Positions 19,681-27,949 of a stretch of 36,974 bases of DNA are shown here, piece after piece. A model generated the notes under the pieces. That model saw only the letters and a list, made by a program, of their open reading frames with translations, had not been told where the DNA came from and did no database searches. Origin of the DNA: Candidatus Bathyarchaeota archaeon (GTDB lineage Archaea; Thermoproteota; Bathyarchaeia; 40CM-2-53-6); contig CAVPLU010000019.1 in assembly GCA_963706285.1 (NCBI GenBank), positions 1-36,974 on the forward strand, in the 5' to 3' direction. The position numbers and the translations under genes were made by a program. Positions within the stretch are counted from its first letter, which is position 1. The number at the start of each line of letters is the position of its first letter.

Positions 19681-20722
19681 TTGATTCTCTGTGGGCGGGG
19701 TCATCTTACGAAATCCACAATTGTAGGGGCCTATCCAAGAATCGGATCCCAGCAAGGGGACGCCCTAAGAAAAGAACTGAACGCAGTGTACAAGGGTAGA
19801 GGCGATCCCACGCTCGTCAAATCACTCATGAATTCTCTGACGAGAGAGGTCGTTCACGAAATGGTCTCCGCTGGCATCGACGTCCCCAACTACGGACTGA
19901 TCGATCTACACGATGAAGTCACCGGCCATCTGGAAGGAAAAGTGGAGGGCATTTCCCCCGATGGAATTGAGAAAACATTCCACACAAACATCCACTTCAG
20001 AAGAATGCAAGTAACCGGGAAGATCAAGAAGACTAGATCTCTTGTCAGTGATCTGTACTGGGTAGCAGCAAAAGAGCATGCTGAGACAAAAGTAGAGCTA
20101 ACGGGACCATACACGCTCGGTTGCCACTCGATTCTGGTCGAAGGCTGTCCATACAAGAACTTTCAGCAACTAGTGAAGGCTTACGCGGAGCTGTATCGAG
20201 AAGAGCTAATGGAATTGAAGGATGTGCCATGGGTTCAGCTTGACGAACCCTCCATAGCCGCCCATCCTGTGTCGCCTAGACATGTTCGCATGATCAGAGA
20301 CGCATATCGAACAATGCTGGAAGGAGTAAGAATTCCTGTAGTTGTGTGGACCTATTATGGGAGATATTCGAGCGGCGTGTTGGATCTGCTGCTCTCATTG
20401 CCTAACGTGAAGATCGTGGGGCTTGACTTCGTGTGGCATCCCGACTGTGGACCAGCTGCTGCGGAAGAGACTGAAGAGCAAGCCTACTGACAAAGGAATA
20501 GGTTTCGGCATCATCGACTGTGGAGACAGGGGCCACATTGTGATAGAGGAAGTAGAGAAGGTGGCGCAGAAGCTGACAGCTTTGAAGAATCGTTTGAAAG
20601 GCCTATTTGACTTTGACAGCTCATTCGTATCCGGCAACGCAACATTCGAACATTTGCCAAGAGAGATTGCTCAACAGAAACTGCGATTGACCGGGGAGAT
20701 AGCGAAGAGGGTTAGTGAATGA
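19681..20722 (+). CDS. split MetE, non-catalytic (N-terminal-like) subunit, frameshifted near 20450
   Basis: GAYPRIG, LTGPYTL, VQLDEP, WTYYG (no Zn ligands), GLDFV, GIIDC, NATFEHLPREIAQQKL; ATGA overlap with the next gene. Confidence 0.8.
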
Positions 20723-21789
20723 AACTATCTTTGCCTTTGCTGGCTACCACAGGAGTTGGATCCTTCCCTAAACCCGACTACGTTACTGAATCGAGAGGAC
20801 ATCTGGATTCTAACAATAGAAAAGCCGTTGGAGAATTCATCCAACAGCAGGAAGCCATTGGCGTAGATGTCCTAGTCGACGGCGAATTCTACAGAGGAGA
20901 CATGGCAACGGATTACGCCCGAGCCTTGGGGCTTCCAATAGCGGATTGGACAAGATCCTATGACAACCGGTTCTGGAAAAAAGGAATAGTCGACAGAGCT
21001 CTGGAAAGAAAAGAACCAATCCAGCTTGAGCAATTCAAGTGTGCACAGAGTCTGACGCGTAGACCTGTGAAGGCGATGCTCTCGGGACCAACCACTCTTG
21101 CCAACTGGAACTTTGACGGATACTACGGCGACAGAAAGAAGCTGATTCACGCTTGGGCCCACATCATCAGAGAAGAGGCACGGGATCTCGAGAAAGCCGG
21201 AGCCAAATTCATCCAGATAGACGAACCTGCAATCGCAGAAAGATACTGGGAAGAAGACCTATTCAGAGAAGGCCTCGAGATAGTAACGCGAGGTTTGAAG
21301 CAGGCGACATACACGATCACTCACGTCTGTTACGGCAACTTCTCTCTGGTTTACCGGCGGCTCCGCCATTTGCCCGTCGATCAGATCGACATAGAACTAT
21401 CGAATGAACTTGACCTCGGAGTGAGAAGATCCGAGTTTCTGGGGATGATGAAGAAACAACCATTGACGAGATACAAGGATGTGGGAGTTGGAGTGATTGA
21501 TGTCCGGCCAGGAGTACCGGTAGAGACCGTGGATACTGTAGTGAGAAGAATTCATACGGCATTAGCGGTGTTTGCTCCGAACAAGAAATTGCTGCAAAGA
21601 GTCTGGATAAAGCCCGATTGCGGATTTAGAACAACAAAAGACCCACAGACCGCGTACAGGAAGATGGAAGTCATGATGCAAGCAGTCAGACATGGTCAGA
21701 CGAGAGCTCGGCGAAACGCCAACCACACGGAAATAGCTCACAGTCGATCCGGCAATGAGAGTCACAGACATACTCTCCGATGCAGATAG
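20719..21789 (+). CDS. metE: methionine synthase, MetE catalytic (C-terminal-like) subunit; true stop probably 21736
   Basis: VGSFPKP, LVDGEFYR, KAMLSGPTT, IQIDEPA and Zn ligands THVCYG, IELSN, KPDCGF. Confidence 0.9.
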   Translation: MKLSLPLLATTGVGSFPKPDYVTESRGHLDSNNRKAVGEFIQQQEAIGVDVLVDGEFYRGDMATDYARALGLPIADWTRSYDNRFWKKGIVDRALERKEPIQLEQFKCAQSLTRRPVKAMLSGPTTLANWNFDGYYGDRKKLIHAWAHIIREEARDLEKAGAKFIQIDEPAIAERYWEEDLFREGLEIVTRGLKQATYTITHVCYGNFSLVYRRLRHLPVDQIDIELSNELDLGVRRSEFLGMMKKQPLTRYKDVGVGVIDVRPGVPVETVDTVVRRIHTALAVFAPNKKLLQRVWIKPDCGFRTTKDPQTAYRKMEVMMQAVRHGQTRARRNANHTEIAHSRSGNESHRHTLRCR

Positions 21790-22753
21790 GAAGAGCTTCT
21801 CAGTTGAAGTGCTGCCCCCGCTTACTGGCGGAAAGATAAACGAACTCTACGAATTTCTCGACCCAGTCGTCCGGAAAGGGATAAGATTCGTCAACATAAC
21901 CTACCACGCAGAAGAGATACTGCACTACGCGAAATACGAGAACCGTCAATTTCCTGTGTCGCGTAGGAAACGTCCAGGAACTGTCGGGATCGCTGGCGCG
22001 ATCCAGACGAGGTATGCGTCCGCGAGAATTGAGGCGGTGCCGCATGTAATCTGCACGAGCTTCACAAAGTACGATGTGGAGGGGCACCTTGTTGACCTCG
22101 CCTATCTGAACATACAGAACGTGTTGGCGTTGGCTGGAGACGTGTCCAAGCGTCCAGATACGGAGAGGCACCCGGTTGCAGCGTACCCGCACGCGAACGG
22201 GCTCATAGAGCAGATCGTTAGCCTTAGAAAAGGATCCTATCTCAGCGCAGAAGAAGGAGACCCTGTTGATTTCTGCATTGGAGCAGCCTGCTATCCAGAA
22301 GGGCATCCAGAATGCAGACGACGATTCAACTCATTTGATGAGATTGTGGAGGACGAGTTGCACTGGTGCAAGATCAAAGTAGAAGCAGGCGCCGAGTATC
22401 TTGTCACCCAAATGTTCTTTGACAATCGCTACTACCGGAACTTTCTCGAGAAGGCGAGAAGATCTGCGATTAGAGTCCCTATACTGCCCGGAATCAGGCC
22501 TCTCAGCAGCATAGAGCAGATTGAGACTTTTCCATCACGTTTCGGAGCATCCGTGCCGGAAGAACTACGGAAGCGAGTCAAGAACTGTCGAGGCGACAAA
22601 GAAGCGGTGGAAGAAGTCGGGATAGAATGGTGTGTGGAACAGTGCAAGGAACTTCTCGACTACGCTCCCGGCATCCATCTGTTCGCCTCAAGCAAGAAGC
22701 GCACCGCTAGTGGCGCATACCCGATAGAGGAGATTCTGGAGAAAACTATGTGA
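21755..22753 (+). CDS. metF: 5,10-methylenetetrahydrofolate reductase
   Basis: FSVEVLPP, VPHVIC, VLALAGD, AACYPEGHPE, KVEAGAEYLVTQMFFD, PILPGI. Confidence 0.92.
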   Translation: MRVTDILSDADRKSFSVEVLPPLTGGKINELYEFLDPVVRKGIRFVNITYHAEEILHYAKYENRQFPVSRRKRPGTVGIAGAIQTRYASARIEAVPHVICTSFTKYDVEGHLVDLAYLNIQNVLALAGDVSKRPDTERHPVAAYPHANGLIEQIVSLRKGSYLSAEEGDPVDFCIGAACYPEGHPECRRRFNSFDEIVEDELHWCKIKVEAGAEYLVTQMFFDNRYYRNFLEKARRSAIRVPILPGIRPLSSIEQIETFPSRFGASVPEELRKRVKNCRGDKEAVEEVGIEWCVEQCKELLDYAPGIHLFASSKKRTASGAYPIEEILEKTM

Positions 22754-23119
22754 TCGTGCTGACTCAGAATTGGTCGGCTCGAAAAGAAGCTCAAGGTACC
22801 CAGACCCATCCTGCTCTTCTCTGAAGGAATCCGGACTACGATGCCGCCCTGACTTTTTGCAGTAGAGTTCAAAACGCACGCAATTGAAACACTGACGGCC
22901 CTGACATAACTACTCCCGTATGAAGTTCAAACCTCACGGCCTCACCAGACTTGCCTTTGAACTGCAACTGCTTTCAGACGCAAGTCTGCTTCCGGCTGCT
23001 TGCTTCCTGCTCAACTCCTCTAATGCGAGGAAACGTTCAGAAATTCAAGTCCGCCAAGACGTGGTTTGCCAAAGCGCAAGAGGCAATACCTTTCTACATG
23101 ACATGCGGTACTCAAGCCC

Positions 23120-23323
23120 ATGTCGAATCGGAGATTTCACGTCTACATCGAGAGAGACGAGCAGACGAGCATTTTCGCTGCAAGATGTCTAGAGATGAGC
23201 GTCTTCAGTCAAGGCCGAACGGAGGAGGAAGCCCTGAAGAATATCAGGGAAGCAATCAACCTGCATCTGGAAACGCTCGAAGATGAGCTCAAAGGAAAGA
23301 AACTCGTAGAAGTTGAAGTTTAG
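23120..23323 (+). CDS. hicB: HicB-family antitoxin (short, no DNA-binding domain)
   Basis: FHVYIERDE...FSQGRTEEEALKNIREAINLHLE. Confidence 0.9.
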   Translation: MSNRRFHVYIERDEQTSIFAARCLEMSVFSQGRTEEEALKNIREAINLHLETLEDELKGKKLVEVEV

Positions 23324-23547
23324 TGGTGAGACTTCCCAGGAAGATTTCTGGGAAGGAGTTGCTCAAAGTCTTCCAGAGACTGGGTTTTCAACTAGTGAGA
23401 CAACGAGGAAGCCATGCATTCCTACGCCATCCAGACGGAAGGAGACTAACGATCCCAGTCTACGATGTCGTTCCCATTAATCTTCTCAACTGGATCTTGG
23501 CTGAAGCGAAGGTCACGCGCCAAGAGTTCCTCAAGCTACTGAAGTAG
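23323..23547 (+). CDS. hicA: HicA-family mRNA interferase toxin
   Basis: ISGKELLKVFQRLGFQLVRQRGSHAFLRHPDGRRLTIPV with the catalytic GSH. Confidence 0.92.
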   Translation: MVRLPRKISGKELLKVFQRLGFQLVRQRGSHAFLRHPDGRRLTIPVYDVVPINLLNWILAEAKVTRQEFLKLLK

Positions 23548-23824
23548 AGCCTCTGCTCAGAGTGAATCTGAGAAGCAGGCGGACGCCGCCCTGGGTCTTC
23601 CTGAAACTCAAAGTTGCAGGTCAAGTCTGGCTTGCCCGAGTGCTCTGAAGGCGTGCTTGAAACCACCCATCTCGCTAGTCTTGGCGATCATTGGACGTTT
23701 TGCGGACTACTGGCGGATGATTTCTCCGCCCGGATTTCGTTGATTCAAAACGTGAATTGTCACCTAAAAGGCCTCACCAAGACCTTGCCTCTGAACTCAT
23801 GACCATAACTGAGCGAGCGTACAG

Positions 23825-23852
23825 CTCCCGACTCCAGTCGCGGAGAGTGCGA
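23825..23852 (+). mobile_element. degenerate IS200/IS605-like right-end hairpin
   Basis: CTCCCGAC-TCCA-GTCGCGGAGAGTGCGA resembles the CTCCCGACTTCAGTCGGGAGAGTGTCA-type ends; no transposase nearby. Confidence 0.35.
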
Positions 23853-24142
23853 AGTGGCTCTGCACCCGTTTCCTCAGAAAGCCAACTTGTGCGTGCGTGA
23901 GCCACTGAACTTCATCCAGTTCATCTCTCGAGCGATCTGACGAGAAGAAGACCGGTTCTCAGCTGGAGGATACGCGGCGAGCCCAAACGCGTGAAGTTCA
24001 TGCTTGTGTAGTTGCGGGGGCGTGTCGGCTCTTGCAACTTGTCGTTCTCTTTTCTGAGTTGCGTGTCGGCTTGGTATTTGTGGACCTGGAAGCCGATGGA
24101 GCGGATTAGGGGAATCAATGAGATATGCGGGATGGAGTCGGC

Positions 24143-24316
24143 TTATTCGACGAGTCTCCATGTTCTTGTGATGATTGCTTCCGCTGGAAGTCCGTAGAGA
24201 ACGTATCTTTGCGCCCTATGTTTGCCCTTGTGTATGAGCACGGGGCCTTTCAGCTTTCGACATTCGCAGACAATCTGTTCTGCGACGAGTTTGTCTCCGA
24301 CATCTTTGCCAATCAT
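24143..24316 (-). CDS. 57-aa basic hypothetical protein translationally coupled to the RHH gene
   Basis: ATG overlaps the upstream TGA (gcATGA); MIGKDVGDKLVAEQIVCECRKLKGPVLIHKGKHRAQRYVLYGLPAEAIITRTWRLVE. Confidence 0.5.
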   Translation of the reverse strand: MIGKDVGDKLVAEQIVCECRKLKGPVLIHKGKHRAQRYVLYGLPAEAIITRTWRLVE

Positions 24317-24648
24317 GCGACTTTTCCTTCTTCCCAGAGTTGCTTCAATGCCTTGACGGTGAGGCCTAGGTCGAGTCTGAGGTCGTTCGCTATGTTGAAT
24401 GTTTCGGCTTTCTTGTGCTTCTTGAGGTATGCAAGAATATCTGAGGTAGCCTCCTTCAAGGTGACATCGGAGCGTATTTCGATTACCTTGATGCCGCCTG
24501 TGTCGGTAATGTACTTTTGAACTGCGTCTCTGATGAGTGCGCTTCTGGACTTGGCTCTCAATCTCAACACGGCGCCATCCAAGTTCTCGATCTCGTCCGT
24601 CGAGAAGCGGACGGGAACCACAGTCTCCCTGTCCACAAGCGTCTGCAT
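24313..24648 (-). CDS. ribbon-helix-helix (CopG-like) protein with C-terminal winged-helix domain
   Basis: VVPVRFSTDEIENLD...KSRSALIRDAVQKYI (RHH) followed by ILAYLKKH...FNIANDLRLDLGLTVKALKQLWEEGKV (HTH). Confidence 0.82.
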   Translation of the reverse strand: MQTLVDRETVVPVRFSTDEIENLDGAVLRLRAKSRSALIRDAVQKYITDTGGIKVIEIRSDVTLKEATSDILAYLKKHKKAETFNIANDLRLDLGLTVKALKQLWEEGKVA

Positions 24649-24769
24649 AGCCGCGCACGCGCATACGTGTAATACCTGAGATACAAATTAGCCTATTGGC
24701 GATAGTAACCGAGCGAGCGCAAACTCCTTCTGTAATGGCAGGGAGAATCCAATCCGAGATCTCCTGAGG

Positions 24770-24909
24770 TTCAGTGTAGATGACCTATGGCCTGTAGGCC
24801 ACAAGTCGAAGGGCCACAGATGATTTGGCCTATGCTGGGAATGAACAGGCAGAAGAAATAGTAGCCCGCAAAACCAGAAGCCCACACCCATTCATGGGTG
24901 GGTAATCAC
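24770..24909 (+). mobile_element. IS200/IS605 (TnpB-type) right-end or omega-RNA-like relic without ORF
   Basis: Ends in GAAGCCCA-CACCCA-TTCA-TGGGTG-GGTAATCAC, a hairpin plus TCAC terminus typical of these elements; the 5' boundary is approximate. Confidence 0.5.
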
Positions 24910-24955
24910 TAATTAGGAACTGCTTCAACTGAAGTCTGGTGGCGTCGAGCGTCCC

Positions 24956-25409
24956 ATGGATAGACCGCTATTGTTCTTGTTACTCTATTCCTTGACCGTG
25001 CAGCTACTGAGCATATCACTGACGCTTCTCAAGTCCCGCCTTTCAGACATCACAGAAGTAAGCATCAGTAACATGCTGAATCTTCGGTGGCTCTGGAGCT
25101 ACAAATGGTACGTTGTCGGAGTCGCTCTGATTGCGGTTCCGTGGTTGGTCAGTTCATTCATGACGGCTCAACTGGCAAAGGAGTTTTCTCAAGGAACACA
25201 AACCGCCGTTGTGGCGACACTGGCGGGAGCGCTCATCGCCTCCATCTTTGGATTCCTGCAGTTCTTTGTGTATCAGGTGTCTCCGCGCTGAAGCTCTTCC
25301 TCCCTTCGGACTCAACAGAGTATGGATCAATATCGCACTAATGGCGTGCTTGTCCGTGGCTGGTTCCTTCCTGGCGTTTGACACGATAACACGTTTACGC
25401 CTTTCATGA
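24956..25409 (+). CDS. small multi-pass membrane protein (frameshift near 25285)
   Basis: ORF 24956-25291 has 3 TM; the continuation ...VWINIALMACLSVAGSFLAFDTITRLRLS* adds a further TM. Confidence 0.6.
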
Positions 25410-25605
25410 CCATGAGCATCAGAACGATGTCCACAAGGATCGATAGCGCCTGATCTCTTGCATTCTATGATTGGGTCTCTGGGCCAGTGAATCGTTATAT
25501 GCAAATACTACAATCGTAGCAGATTCGAACTCTATGAAGAGACTCAGTGGCTACTTGAAGCCTTGAGGGCTGATTCAACCTAAACTCTTGAAAGGGAATT
25601 TCCTG

Positions 25606-27005
25606 ATGCCGCACAACACTCGACGACCGATCTTCAGGATTTTCGTCGCGGCCCAGGTCTTACTGCTACTTACGCTTCAACTTGCAGCGAATAGTGGCGT
25701 CTTCATTGCTCATGCGACGGTCGTTGTCCGAACGACTGCGACCGTCAAAGATGACCAGGCTGGTTTCCCGTCAGGTGAACTGATCGTCGGACTTGGAGAA
25801 CCAGTCCAGAGAGGCTCTGCAATCTTGGGTCGAAAAATGGAATGGTGTTATTGTTGGAGAGCTGCCTCAGATTCACGCTTTTCTCGTCAGAATAGATCAG
25901 CAGAGGGTTTCCGCCGCGCAAAGTGGAGCCACCCTGCAACCGGTTTTCGGTTATGTTCAGCCCAACTACTACGTTCACTCGACCCTGATTCCAAACGATC
26001 CATTGTGGCCCAGCCAATGGGATCTCACCAAAATACACGCGGACTCGGCTTGGAACATAGAACTTGGAAAACATTCAGTGATTGTAGCAGTTGTCGACAC
26101 CGGAATAGACTACACTCATGAGGATCTGGCTGGAAACTATCTCCCCACCGGACATGACTGGGTCAACCACGATTCCGACCCCTTTGATGATAGCTTCCTC
26201 GGTCATGGTACGCACGTTGCCGGGATCCTCGGAGCAGTCATAAACAATCACTTGGGAATCGCAGGTATAGCTCAGGTGAGTGTGATGGCGGAGAAAGTGC
26301 TCGATCCTTTCGGCTCGGGCACCGTATTCGATGTTGCCAACGGAGTCATTGATTCGGTTCAGAAGGGTGCACGAATAACCGTCAATAGCTATGGAACCTA
26401 CGCATTCTCACAGACCATGAAAGACGCCTTCGATTTTGCTTCTCAACAAGGCGTGTTGAATTTCGCCGCCGCAGGCAACGACAACACGAACACGCCCTTC
26501 TACCCTGCAGCTTTCGGAGATTCCGTGATCTCCGTGGCTGGGACTGATCAGAATGACGCGAAAGCCTTCTTCTCCAATTTTGGTGACTGGATCGAACTCT
26601 CCGCACCGGCAGTCAATATCGTCTCCACAATACCACACAACGCGTATACCTCATTGAGCGGCACATCGACGGCCTGCCCGATAGCTGCGGGCGCGGCTGC
26701 ACTGATTTGGAGTCACGATAGGAACTTTGTCGTCCGAACAGGTGCGCGAACGGCTACGAGAGACCGCTATTGATCTGGGGACACCGGGGCGTGATCCCAT
26801 CTTCGGTTACGGCCGCGTAGACCTATCCACCGTTCTGACAATACCGGTTAGTGCTCCAGCGAGGAACGCTCCGGTGGGAGGAACGATTGAACAGCCAAAC
26901 ACAAGTGGCATTTTGACGTTCTGGATCGTGGTTGTAATAGCCGTTGTCTGCGTAAGCAGCTCCCCAATACTGTTACGCCGCATTCGCCCGAGCAGTCATG
27001 TGTAG
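25606..27005 (+). CDS. secreted S8 subtilisin/thermitase-like serine protease with PVGG-TM C-terminal anchor (frameshifted)
   Basis: Signal peptide, prodomain (GELIVG...YVQPNY), VVDTG, GHGTHVAG, AAAGND, SGTSTACP, GYGRVD, then NAPVGGTI, a TM helix and RRIR. Confidence 0.9.
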
Positions 27006-27149
27006 AGAACGCGTGCCATCCGCGTTGTGGTTCAATCTAAGCAGGAAGGGTCGCCCCTCCAGAAAGTCATCGGTAAACTATTGGCTGGGAAAACCCGGCC
27101 GCGGTGCCCATCCTCAGCCTCTCAGCATCGCCGCGCAGCCCGACCCAAT

Positions 27150-27460
27150 CCGCAACACAAGTTACGACGGGTCGAATCAGCGCCATAAGTAGCTGATCCC
27201 AGAGTTCAGCCAAGAGGAAATGAGAGAAACAACATCGACAACTCAATAGAGATTCTTCACTGGCTGTCTCTTCCTGAGGGCGATGATAGAGTTCGTTGCT
27301 GACCGTCCAGGCCACGACTTCAGATACTCTCTGGTTTGCGAGTGGATTCATTGCTTGGACTGGAGGCCCAAAGTAGGTAATGAGGAGGGGGCTTCAAAAA
27401 GACGATCGACTGGCACAAAGTCAGCAATTGTGGTGGCGGCAACTATTTGAGCCAATGGAT
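27150..27460 (+). pseudogene. rmlB: degenerate rmlB 3' fragment
   Basis: RNTSYDGSNQRHK*LIP aligns to RSTNNYGPNQHPEKLIP; after an internal deletion, MIEFVADRPGHDFRYSL..WRPKV..EEGLQKTIDW..WWRQL aligns to 19180-19620. Contains an in-frame stop. Confidence 0.8.
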
Positions 27461-27479
27461 AAATGGGATTCGCCCTGTA

Positions 27480-27871
27480 TCATGAGACAGTTGCAGACTC
27501 CACTTGAAAGATCGACTGCTGCGTTTCATCCCAGTAACCCAAGACTGTGACATCCTGTCCCAGATGAGCCGCGGCCCAACCCTGAAGCTCAGAGGAGGCG
27601 AAACGCAGCGTAACTACATACCCTGGCAATGCACTGACGTCCAATTTGTGGAACAGGCCGCCGTCGCACGGAAGTCGCCTTCTAGTGTGAGTGATTCCTC
27701 AGGCAATCCTCCGGTGGGAGGGAGAACGCCTGATTGAGGGAGAGGTGCTCCCAACTTCCTCGTCATTGCCATCAATGTGCCTGATGAAACGACCACACAG
27801 ATCAATACTACGATGAGCAGCAAGAGAGTCAGTCCAAGGCGACGGCCAAAACTAGTAATGTCATGCTCCAC
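27480..27871 (-). CDS. secreted or membrane-anchored protein, OB-fold-like (one frameshift near 27670)
   Basis: GTG start after GAGGAAG, RR plus hydrophobic segment, LPPTGGLPEESLTLEG; the shifted frame reads ...ELQGWAAAHLGQDVTVLGYWDETQQSIFQVESATVS*. Confidence 0.55.
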
Positions 27872-27909
27872 CTTCCTCGCATAAAGTCTGGTATGTAGTC
27901 CCAGAAGCG

Positions 27910-27917
27910 ATATATAT
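27910..27917. promoter_or_regulatory. TATA-like box shared by divergent secreted-protein genes
   Basis: ATATATAT about 33-40 nt from both start codons. Confidence 0.45.
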
Positions 27918-27949
27918 GAATCGAAGAATGAGAACGGGAACGATGCGCT

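Larger units (their letters stand above)
22938..23797. repeat. imperfect direct repeats (22938-22963 and 23770-23797) plus a partial inverted copy (23601-23630) flanking hicBA
   Basis: GGCCTCACCA-GAC-TTGCCTTTGAACT versus GGCCTCACCAAGACCTTGCCTCTGAACT; reverse complement of 23612-23630 is CCAGACTTGACCTGCAACT versus CCAGACTTGCCTTTGAACTGCAACT. Confidence 0.5.

Noticed and set aside
22688-23286. ORFs 22688-22879, 22920-23192 and 22951-23286 upstream of hicB
   Set aside because: No motifs; they overlap metF or hicB and lie in repeat-containing intergenic DNA
27707-27737. Plus-strand NPPVGGR resembling the S8 PVGG tail
   Set aside because: It is the antisense of LPPTGG in the better-supported minus-strand secreted gene, and no TM follows on the plus strand
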